Virus record (IMG/VR): IMGVR_UViG_3300017553_000002
Location: 1 to 48,440 of that record
DNA: 48,440 nucleotides
Reading direction: 5' to 3' (one strand)
Source: a virus
Lineage: Duplodnaviria; Caudoviricetes
A program made the translations under genes and the position numbers. The notes under the pieces are model-generated. The model was not told the origin of the DNA and did not search any database. It saw nothing but the letters and a program-made list of their open reading frames with translations. Every line of letters starts with the position of its first letter. Position 1 is the stretch's first letter. Below are positions 18,074-25,606 of the stretch, piece after piece.

Positions 18074-18642
18074 TTTCCCGCGGTTACTATTTTATAAATG
18101 GATCTGGTGAGGTCGATGTCGTACTGGGCGTCATGAAGTTTATTTTCATCTACCTTGATGCCTAGGGCGGCGGCAACGGTCATCAGTTTGAAGTTGACCA
18201 TATCATGGCGCCGCCGCATCAGGTATTGGGTGGCCATAACCATCACATCTATGGAGCTGGACCAAAACCAGCTGCCGAAATAATCATCCAGGTTCTGGAC
18301 AAAGAAGGCCCGGAAGAAATGATTGTCAAAAGAGGCGTTGTTAAAGCCTACCAGGAAGAACTTGTCCTTTTTATTGAACTTATTGACATATTTGCCCAGC
18401 ATTTTAAGTATGACGCGGTACGCATCCTTAAATGGCATATAGCCCTTAATAGCCTCCATGCTGGTACCGGAGATCTCCAGTGCTGCCGGATCGATCTCTG
18501 CAGCATGGTAAGGCTGGCAGCGGATGTCAAAGTATTCCTTGACCTCTCCATCAATCTCAATACAACCGGATATCTGGTGAACGGAGTGGCGCCAATGCCT
18601 GGTACCGGTTGTTTCAACGTCAAAAAAGAATAGTTTACTCAT
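18070..18642 (-). CDS. DEDDh 3'-5' exonuclease (DnaQ-like)
   Basis: FFDVETTG, GFNNASFD, LHDAQYD. Confidence 0.92.
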   Translation of the reverse strand: MSKLFFFDVETTGTRHWRHSVHQISGCIEIDGEVKEYFDIRCQPYHAAEIDPAALEISGTSMEAIKGYMPFKDAYRVILKMLGKYVNKFNKKDKFFLVGFNNASFDNHFFRAFFVQNLDDYFGSWFWSSSIDVMVMATQYLMRRRHDMVNFKLMTVAAALGIKVDENKLHDAQYDIDLTRSIYKIVTAGK

Positions 18643-20746
18643 GAACTTTGCTAAATTGGGGTTTAGTGTAATATGCCTGGAACCGAACTACATCGTTGTA
18701 TTCAGGTGATTTGATCAGGCCGTCACCCTGGCCGGCCAGCGCCTCTGCACCCGGTTCATCTATTACCACGCGGCTATCCGTCTCTTTAGGCACCCTGAAG
18801 CAGATCTGAACAGGGAAATTAACCTTTGCATCACCTGTGATCACCTGGACACTGGCCCGCTGGGTAGCTGCTACAACGCGGTAACCGGAAGAACGTCCTT
18901 TCTGGAGTAACATTTTCAGGTTTTGCTCCAAGGATTTATGCTCGCCTACACACTCCACTTTGGTCTTTTCTCTTCCATCATTATAGAACCCGGTTACAAT
19001 CCGCTCATAGATCTTCAGTTCGTTACCCTTGGCAGAATTAGCCACGGCGTCAGCAAACTCATCAAATATGACCAAGGTCTTTTCATGGATGCGGTTCTTA
19101 ACCCTGTATTGCATCTCCTCAATCAAGTTTCTCATTTGCTCTTCAATCTCTTCGATCTGGCTAAATACGAATATGGTTTTGCCGTTGTGGTATTCAGTAA
19201 ACTCAAATTTGGGATCGAAAATGACAATGGTGTTAATGCCGGCAGCTTTACCCGCTTCAATAATGGTAGTGATGCAAACGGACTTACCGGATCCGGTAGC
19301 ACCGCAAACAAGTGCATGCGGGGTTGAGTTGTTTTCCAGGTCCCAATAAATGACGTTTCCGAAATTGTCTCTTCCGAGGGGGATCTTCATGCCATGAAGA
19401 TCTTTTGGATCATAATCAAGGCTCTTTTCTCGTTTTTTAGAGAAGTCCACAGCCACATAACTTTTGCCTTCATGGACCACCAAATCCTTGGCAATACGGA
19501 CGCTGGCCACGTCCAGGGCGTTGGCGATATCCAGCCTATGCTGGTGAATAGATGCTACCTTGGTACCGGCACCGATATTTAAAAGGTAGGTGTTGGAAGA
19601 ATATCCTTCAAACGTATGGGCAACTTCTACCGGAATGGAGAAGGTTTTTAAAACGTGTTCGATTTTTTCTTTAGAATTCATATTAGTGCTGCTTAAGTTG
19701 TACTGAATAAATTTGCTGGCGTTGGCCTTAAAGCTCTGGACCACCTTAGGATTAATAGTAGCGATGGAGCTGTCTCTGATCTTTTTCAGACGCTTACCTA
19801 TAAGGTCTTTTTTAGCGTCAGCAATATTGAAGTCCTCAATCTCACTGATCTGGGTTTTAGCCCAAAACTCATACAGTTCTGCCCGGTCAGTCAGGTTATC
19901 ATAATCGTTGATCAGGTAGATATAATCCGGATCCCTGACGGCCTGAATCAGCCGTTTAAGCGGCTCATACAGCAGGGCTTCATAAAGCTTTCTTGTATTA
20001 TCGTCAATCTCCACCATGATCTTTTTCAGCTGCGGGGATTTGTCCTTGTTGGCTGAGTGCTTATTCTCGACGAACCAAACCTCTTCAACCGTGGATCCCT
20101 CAAATTCTGCCTCATACTGCAAAACATACGTAATGGCCTGGACGCCGATGGCTAGTGCTGCTTCATCATCTGAGGTATAGGTAGCTTTTGATTTATGATC
20201 GGCAATGGCGATCTTATCGTCTTTGGTACGGACCACCAGGTCAAGCTTGGCCCTGCAGGGGAGTGGTATATCTACGCCATTTACGACCAGAAACTCTTCC
20301 AGTTCCAGTTCTACATAAAGGACTTCTTTTATATTGTCCTCATATACACCCTTTTCCAGGTAGAAATTACGTATGAGTGCTATGGCAGTTTTATTTGCTT
20401 TCAGCTGTGCCTCTTCCACCGTAGGTGTCGTTTTCTGCAGTTTCCATTTATTTGCCTCAACTGATTCAATATATTCAAAGGCGACCTGCTCAAGGGTGAT
20501 CACATCTACTTCGATGCCTTCCTTCTTTTTTTCAAAGTAAAACTGCAGGGCGGCATGATAGGCGCTGCCCGCAATGGCTGTGGCTGATTTACGGCCGTAC
20601 ATGCCATAGATGTATTGCATTTCAAAGGCTTTCTCGTTACGGGCAAAGCCGGTAACACTGGAATAACTCCAGCGGTCCACCAGAAACTGGCTGAACAGAT
20701 CCTGCAGCTGCTCATGATTTAAACTGTTGTAGTGGCTGTTTGTCAT
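18635..20746 (-). CDS. PD-(D/E)XK nuclease fused to an FtsK/SpoIIIE-type ATPase
   Basis: N-terminal WSYSS, GSAYH, LDLV..IADHKS; C-terminal GATGSGKS, IFDEFAD, KGRSSG, ATQR, GAEALAGQGDGL. Confidence 0.88.
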   Translation of the reverse strand: MTNSHYNSLNHEQLQDLFSQFLVDRWSYSSVTGFARNEKAFEMQYIYGMYGRKSATAIAGSAYHAALQFYFEKKKEGIEVDVITLEQVAFEYIESVEANKWKLQKTTPTVEEAQLKANKTAIALIRNFYLEKGVYEDNIKEVLYVELELEEFLVVNGVDIPLPCRAKLDLVVRTKDDKIAIADHKSKATYTSDDEAALAIGVQAITYVLQYEAEFEGSTVEEVWFVENKHSANKDKSPQLKKIMVEIDDNTRKLYEALLYEPLKRLIQAVRDPDYIYLINDYDNLTDRAELYEFWAKTQISEIEDFNIADAKKDLIGKRLKKIRDSSIATINPKVVQSFKANASKFIQYNLSSTNMNSKEKIEHVLKTFSIPVEVAHTFEGYSSNTYLLNIGAGTKVASIHQHRLDIANALDVASVRIAKDLVVHEGKSYVAVDFSKKREKSLDYDPKDLHGMKIPLGRDNFGNVIYWDLENNSTPHALVCGATGSGKSVCITTIIEAGKAAGINTIVIFDPKFEFTEYHNGKTIFVFSQIEEIEEQMRNLIEEMQYRVKNRIHEKTLVIFDEFADAVANSAKGNELKIYERIVTGFYNDGREKTKVECVGEHKSLEQNLKMLLQKGRSSGYRVVAATQRASVQVITGDAKVNFPVQICFRVPKETDSRVVIDEPGAEALAGQGDGLIKSPEYNDVVRFQAYYTKPQFSKVHE

Positions 20747-21702
20747 GGCAATTCCATTTTAATTTGTGAACCGGATTGTTGTTGTCTGTCTTTTAATGCT
20801 TCCTGAGGCGTTTCCTCTGCTTCTTTTTGCTGGCGTTCATATTCCAGGGCTGCCTCCTTACAGATCTCCTTATGTTCTTTCAACTTGAGCTTTTGTGCTT
20901 TGGTAAGGTTATTCCAGATGGAAATTACACCGCCCAGGCCCCATTCACAAGCCTGGAGCATTTCTGCTTTTATTTTTGTGATCTGGGGATCTTCTTTTTC
21001 GCCTGTATTTACCCACTCCATGATCTTTCGGCCGGTCTCTTCACCCAGATATCCGGATCCATTACCAAAAGCTGAGAGTAGGAAAGCGGGCATCTTAATG
21101 AATGTCTGTTTCTTGCCTTCCTCACCCATGAGGATGGAAGCAGTCATCTCGAACATGAAGTTCTTTTCGCATACGGGCTGGATACCCAGGCTCACCGGCT
21201 TCTTTGGATTTTTGAAGTCTGTCTTTTCCCGGGCACGAAGGCAGCAGATAATATGCATATTGCTTTGCAACAGGGTATTCATAAAGCTTTTATGTGCACG
21301 TTTTGCACCCACCCAGTTCAACATTTCACTATTACCCATTTTGGCATTGGCAATATCATCGCAACCGCCTTCTCCTTCCCATTCGTGTGAGACGCTGTCG
21401 ATTACCAGGACCTTTACGCCGGCATCCTGGAACTCTTTAATAGCTGATGCGTACCTGGAAGGAGAGAAAGGGGGATAGAGGTCCGCTATCCGGAATTGGC
21501 CATCCAGGATGTCAGCATAAAGAGATCCTCTCATGTTCTCTGAATCCAGGAAGCCTATCTCGCTTGCACTGTTTACCATGCCCCGCGCTATTTTCAATGC
21601 AGTGTAAGTCTTACCGGATCCGCTGACCCCGGCAATGGCTATCACTGTTTTACTGCCGCCTCTTACGGCCGGCCTGATGTTTAAAATTCCCATTGTATTC
21701 AC
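20743..21702 (-). CDS. AAA ATPase, Sak4-like (AAA_24) recombination protein
   Basis: GVSGSGKT, FLDSE, LVIDSVSHEW, HIICCLRA. Confidence 0.82.
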   Translation of the reverse strand: MNTMGILNIRPAVRGGSKTVIAIAGVSGSGKTYTALKIARGMVNSASEIGFLDSENMRGSLYADILDGQFRIADLYPPFSPSRYASAIKEFQDAGVKVLVIDSVSHEWEGEGGCDDIANAKMGNSEMLNWVGAKRAHKSFMNTLLQSNMHIICCLRAREKTDFKNPKKPVSLGIQPVCEKNFMFEMTASILMGEEGKKQTFIKMPAFLLSAFGNGSGYLGEETGRKIMEWVNTGEKEDPQITKIKAEMLQACEWGLGGVISIWNNLTKAQKLKLKEHKEICKEAALEYERQQKEAEETPQEALKDRQQQSGSQIKMELP

Positions 21703-21712
21703 TTTTTATTTA

Positions 21713-22084
21713 TTAATAATCCGGTTGTAGGTATTCTTTCAGGTATTCCCACAATTCGTAATAGTAGTGGTCCGATATTGCTGTATAATCCATTTCTCCA
21801 TCAAACTTGGCCATCTGGGAGGTATCCACGTCTATGGAGTCCTCTCCACCTTCCTGAGTGATCGGATTATAGGTATGCTGCACTTTGGCCCAGATGAAAT
21901 TAATAGTGAAGTAATCGCCATATGCTTCAATGGAGGCAATATCGAAATGGTATTCACCAACGACAAAACCTTTATTTGGTGTCAAATAAAAGCGCACACC
22001 TTTATGCCCCTGGTCGTTTATTACGATCTCAGAATAATGGAATTTGTCCGCTTCAATACTTTCTATTAATTTTGCTGTATTCAC
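21713..22084 (-). CDS. Hypothetical acidic protein
   Basis: In-operon 123-aa ORF. Confidence 0.65.
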   Translation of the reverse strand: MNTAKLIESIEADKFHYSEIVINDQGHKGVRFYLTPNKGFVVGEYHFDIASIEAYGDYFTINFIWAKVQHTYNPITQEGGEDSIDVDTSQMAKFDGEMDYTAISDHYYYELWEYLKEYLQPDY

Positions 22085-22271
22085 TTTATTTATTTTTTAG
22101 GGATGTCCGTCGCTGGGATGTCCCTAATTTTTTTACTAAGATTCCTGCATCTGCATAAAAAATTGTTTAAAAACGCGGGCTTCCACTACTTCCGGCTTCG
22201 TGGTATTTCTGACTTGCCGTTCATTTGCAACTGTGGCATCGGTCAGGATCTCGCCCTCTTACTAAATGGTT

Positions 22272-22313
22272 GTGGGAGATGGGGAATCGAACCACCGTTA
22301 ACCATTTCTCCCG
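22272..22313 (-). ncRNA. Truncated tRNA-like element (acceptor stem plus T arm only)
   Basis: CGGGAGA-AATGGTTAAC-GGTGG-TTCGATT-CCCCA-TCTCCCA-C. Confidence 0.4.
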
Positions 22314-22369
22314 TAAAAGCCGCCCAGAGTGAAAACACAGGCGGGAAGTCCAAAACTGAACTTGATCCG

Positions 22370-22442
22370 TTGCGGAGGCGGGAATCGAACCCGCGACTTA
22401 AGGGATATGAGCCCTTCGAGCTACCAACTGCTCTACTCCGCT
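22370..22442 (-). tRNA. tRNA-fMet (initiator, anticodon CAT)
   Basis: AGCGGAG TA GAGC AGTTGGTA GCTC G AAGGG CTCATAT CCCTT AAGTC GCGGG TTCGATT CCCGC CTCCGCA A; 1:72 mismatch, A11:U24, three G-C pairs in the anticodon stem; CCA not encoded. Confidence 0.92.
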
Positions 22443-22597
22443 GTGTGCTGCTGGAACAACCTACAATAGTGACCAGCAGCTTTTATGATGAGCCTTCAAA
22501 TTTGCAGGTGAAGGCATACCTGCTATTTTTAAAAGACCGGTTTTTAAAAGGATCCCGGAAAACCTTATCTTTGTTTTCACCACAAAAACAAAAAATT

Positions 22598-22846
22598 ATG
22601 TCTGGCAAATTTGCACCTCGACTAGGAAGTATTGTAGTTTTTAAACACTTGCCAAAGCGCAAACTCATAGTTACTCATTACATTGACAGCCAAGGGAATC
22701 CCAAAGGGGGACCGGATGTAAGCTTCTTGGCTGTAATTTGTGATTATGAGGACCCCTTAAATGGATCGCAAATGATTGTACATACATCCTTATTAAAGTC
22801 CTTTGAGGCTGAGCCTACTTCAATAATCGTTGCAGATGTCGATTAG
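22598..22846 (+). CDS. Small counter-oriented hypothetical protein (82 aa) with own promoter
   Basis: TATCTTTG box at 22566-22573, A-rich leader, ATG at 22598 (3' part of the listed 22103..22846 ORF). Confidence 0.6.
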   Translation: MSGKFAPRLGSIVVFKHLPKRKLIVTHYIDSQGNPKGGPDVSFLAVICDYEDPLNGSQMIVHTSLLKSFEAEPTSIIVADVD

Positions 22847-22997
22847 CAATTTGGATTGATTTTGATATTCCTTCTCTAGCTTTATCAGACTCCTTATCTG
22901 GAGTTGACGGTATTGACTCAGACAGAGCTTTTAAAATCTGAGATATCATACTTAGGTCATTTAGATCTAGTTGATTTTTAATCTTTGTTTTTTTCAT
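22815..22997 (-). CDS. Hypothetical protein
   Basis: 60 aa, convergent with and overlapping the 22598 gene. Confidence 0.45.
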   Translation of the reverse strand: MKKTKIKNQLDLNDLSMISQILKALSESIPSTPDKESDKAREGISKSIQIANRHLQRLLK

Positions 22998-23036
22998 TTC
23001 CGAATGATTGAAAGAATTAAATAATGTTTGGCAATT

Positions 23037-23086
23037 GTCCCCGGATGGAAATCCAGGGACGCAACCAAAACTAACTGCTTATGAGA
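23037..23086 (-). repeat. 27-nt conserved element plus hairpin, copy 1
   Basis: CGCAACCAAAACTAACTGCTTATGAGA (23060-23086) is identical to 28507-28533; adjacent GTCCC/GGGAC hairpin. Confidence 0.85.
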
Positions 23087-23373
23087 CTCTTCTGCTGAGC
23101 TGCATCCTGATGGAGCTGTACCATTTTATCCAGGAATGCCTCTGAGCGTAATGCGTTATACTTATTGCCTTTCTGGTACCATTCAATTGCCTGATCCGGT
23201 GTCTCTGATTCATGTATGCCGGCAATATGGCCTTCAATATCTTCTGGCTCCTTTGCTTTATTTCTGGGATCCTTCTTTTCTTCCTGGGCAACCTTAATAA
23301 GGCCATAGATAAATAATGCTGCCAGATAGATCTTCACCATCAATGGTGAGAGTAAAAAGTTCAATGTGTCCAT
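23071..23373 (-). CDS. Membrane-anchored hypothetical protein
   Basis: N-terminal hydrophobic segment; early operon. Confidence 0.6.
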   Translation of the reverse strand: MDTLNFLLSPLMVKIYLAALFIYGLIKVAQEEKKDPRNKAKEPEDIEGHIAGIHESETPDQAIEWYQKGNKYNALRSEAFLDKMVQLHQDAAQQKSLISS

Positions 23374-23374
23374 G

Positions 23375-23665
23375 TTATAAAAGTTGATGATTAGCGATTA
23401 ATTCATTTATGACGTCATCTTCCGATGGCTCGTTAGAGTCAACCTCAGCCCATTTGATACGCGCACGTTCCATTGCATGGCTGAACACCTGGTCCCAGTT
23501 GATTACATCCCGGACAAATTTTGTATTCAGATTCATGAATTCAATCAGGATGGTGCCATTACCGGTCCTGTGGGACTCCACCAGGACATACAATGTTTTG
23601 CTGTCTATCCTGGTGTTATCGGCCAGGATATTCAGGTAAAAGATTATTTTCTTCATTTGTTTCAC
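23375..23665 (-). CDS. Hypothetical protein
   Basis: Tightly packed operon ORF. Confidence 0.6.
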   Translation of the reverse strand: MKQMKKIIFYLNILADNTRIDSKTLYVLVESHRTGNGTILIEFMNLNTKFVRDVINWDQVFSHAMERARIKWAEVDSNEPSEDDVINELIANHQLL

Positions 23666-23668
23666 TTT

Positions 23669-23893
23669 TTATTTATTGATAGGGGTCAGATTCCTGCCCT
23701 TATTTGCCCTTGCTATTATTTTTGCCAGTTTTTCCTCAGATAACACAGGTTTCCTAGGCTTTTTTTTACTGGCTCCAGTAGAAACCGGAGCCAGCTTTTC
23801 TTCTATTTTTTGGCATTTAGCCAAGCCCATTTGATGATATGCTTTCATTTCTTGCACATCTTTTAATATGTTGTTTACTTCAAGCTGTGTCAT
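23669..23893 (-). CDS. Hypothetical basic protein
   Basis: Tightly packed operon ORF after the cro-like gene. Confidence 0.6.
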   Translation of the reverse strand: MTQLEVNNILKDVQEMKAYHQMGLAKCQKIEEKLAPVSTGASKKKPRKPVLSEEKLAKIIARANKGRNLTPINK

Positions 23894-23899
23894 AACCGA

Positions 23900-24145
23900 T
23901 TATTTTGGAAGGTTTGCCTTGGAAGTCTGCTTTTTCAGGAACTTTCGGACCTGCTTTACTGTTTTCTCAGCACCTGTACCTCTAAAAAGAATGTTGTACA
24001 AAACCGTTCTTTCAATCCCTATTTCAAGCGCCGCTTTTGAAATAGTTTCAGTTTTCTCGACGTGTGCTTTTATCGCTGCAATCTCGTCCGCATTAAACTT
24101 GATGGACCGTCTTTCTGAATATGGGAGTCTATCTTGTGCGTTCAT
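23900..24145 (-). CDS. Cro-like HTH regulator
   Basis: TISKAALEIGIERTVLYNIL HTH; first gene of the early operon, divergent from the repressor. Confidence 0.75.
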   Translation of the reverse strand: MNAQDRLPYSERRSIKFNADEIAAIKAHVEKTETISKAALEIGIERTVLYNILFRGTGAEKTVKQVRKFLKKQTSKANLPK

Positions 24146-24162
24146 GATTTATATTTTTCGGC

Positions 24163-24254
24163 ACTATAATTATAGTACATGGTTTCTTACTATCTTTGTG
24201 TATTGCAATACGAAGATAGGGAACAAAAGGGAATATAACGGAATAAAAAGGGAA
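24163..24254. promoter_or_regulatory. Lysis/lysogeny switch region: opposed -7 boxes, palindromes, phased GGAA repeats
   Basis: TATCTTTG (+, 24191-24198), TATCTTCG (-, 24218-24211), palindromes ACTATAATTATAGT (24163-24176) and GTATTGCAATAC (24200-24211), (G/C)GGAA at 24219, 24229, 24239, 24250. Confidence 0.65.
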
Positions 24255-24300
24255 TTTTTTTAAAAATATTTTTTCGCCATGAATAAAAGTTTTATAATCA

Positions 24301-24696
24301 ATGAATAAGCGATTTATCGAAGTTGTTGAGAGTTTAAATTTTGCATTTCCTGCAACGGAAATTTCAGAGAAAATTGGTTATTCAAAAGGGAAAATAAGTG
24401 AATATCTTAATAACAAGAAAAAAGTACCGAAGGCATTTTTATTGAAGTTTTGTAAGGCGTATAAGCTAAATTATGATGCTTTATTTAAAGAAAATGAAAT
24501 TATGGCTCAAGCTCCAAAAGTGGAAAATGAGTCAGATATGGCCCTGATAATTTTAGTTCACACGATAAAGGATGAACTTTTAGAACTTATTGCGGAGCAA
24601 AAAAATAAGAGTCTGGCAGTTGTACAGGATGATTTTAAGAGACGTGCCATAGCAAAGCAGAAAGAACTTTTGAAGCGCTTAACATCTCTTTCTTAG
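24301..24696 (+). CDS. CI-like XRE HTH repressor (no S24 peptidase domain evident)
   Basis: ATEISEKIGYSKGKISEYLNNKKKVP...FCKAYKLNYDALF. Confidence 0.78.
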   Translation: MNKRFIEVVESLNFAFPATEISEKIGYSKGKISEYLNNKKKVPKAFLLKFCKAYKLNYDALFKENEIMAQAPKVENESDMALIILVHTIKDELLELIAEQKNKSLAVVQDDFKRRAIAKQKELLKRLTSLS

Positions 24697-24832
24697 GCTT
24701 TTTGGAGCGATATTTATTGGACTTTAAGGCTTTTTTATCTTTCTTGGTCTTCTCTTTCATCGTAAGTATTTTGGGGTACAAACTTAATGAATACTAAATA
24801 TATGTGCAAATAAAATTTAAAAAACAACAATT

Positions 24833-25600
24833 ATGAGAAAGTTTTTATTGATTTTAATTTTCATTGCTTTTATCTCAGGATGTTCGACTTCCATTGTAAA
24901 CAAAAAATATACTGTGATAGTTGAAACAGAGTCTAAAGCTATTATTGGGAGTGGCACAGATTCTCATGAGATGAAATTTGATATAAAAGCAAAAGATGAC
25001 ATCGAAGCATATAGGAAGGGGGCGGATTATTATGGAATATCCATAAAAACATATAATCAAAATGAAGATAACACATATCATCCTAGACCTGTAAAATTTG
25101 AGGTTAGGAATGATGTCGGTCTAAATATAGTACCCTTGCTATCTCAAAATATAAAGGACAGTATTAATAAAATAGTTTTCGCAGAATTACTTGAACCTAA
25201 TGGGAATCAAAAGGAAGTCCCTGTGGCAAACGAAATGAAAAATCCGTATTTGGATACAGCAGGTGACGGAGATTCACCGGTGAAAATAACTTCTGCCAGA
25301 TTTATTGAAAAGGAATACTCTAATTATAAGAGTGTAAGATTGTCCTATAGAAATATAAGTGGGAAAAAGATTGATGCAATTAAATTTAGATGGTATGGAA
25401 CAAATGCCTTTGGAGATCCAGCTGAGTGTGGAAGCTATTCTGATATAGGATTGGGAGGAGGTTTTACTGATGATCCATTGGGTGCAGGAAACTCGGATTA
25501 TGGGATTTGGGATATTTTAAGTAAAGACGGGAAAACCATAAAAAGGGCATGGGTCACTGAAGTCGCCTTCCATGATGGAACAAAATGGGAACACGAATAA
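24833..25600 (+). CDS. Lipoprotein (lysogenic conversion or exclusion candidate)
   Basis: Signal peptide with lipobox ISG-C; in the repressor-integrase cluster. Confidence 0.75.
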   Translation: MRKFLLILIFIAFISGCSTSIVNKKYTVIVETESKAIIGSGTDSHEMKFDIKAKDDIEAYRKGADYYGISIKTYNQNEDNTYHPRPVKFEVRNDVGLNIVPLLSQNIKDSINKIVFAELLEPNGNQKEVPVANEMKNPYLDTAGDGDSPVKITSARFIEKEYSNYKSVRLSYRNISGKKIDAIKFRWYGTNAFGDPAECGSYSDIGLGGGFTDDPLGAGNSDYGIWDILSKDGKTIKRAWVTEVAFHDGTKWEHE

Positions 25601-25606
25601 AACTGA

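Noticed and set aside
22315-22369. HDV-like (theta) ribozyme after the tRNA
   Set aside because: Could not build the nested double pseudoknot by eye
22103-22597. 5' part of the listed 247-aa plus-strand ORF
   Set aside because: It is antisense to the tRNA and hairpins (RRRESNPR is a typical tRNA shadow translation); only the part from ATG 22598 is credible
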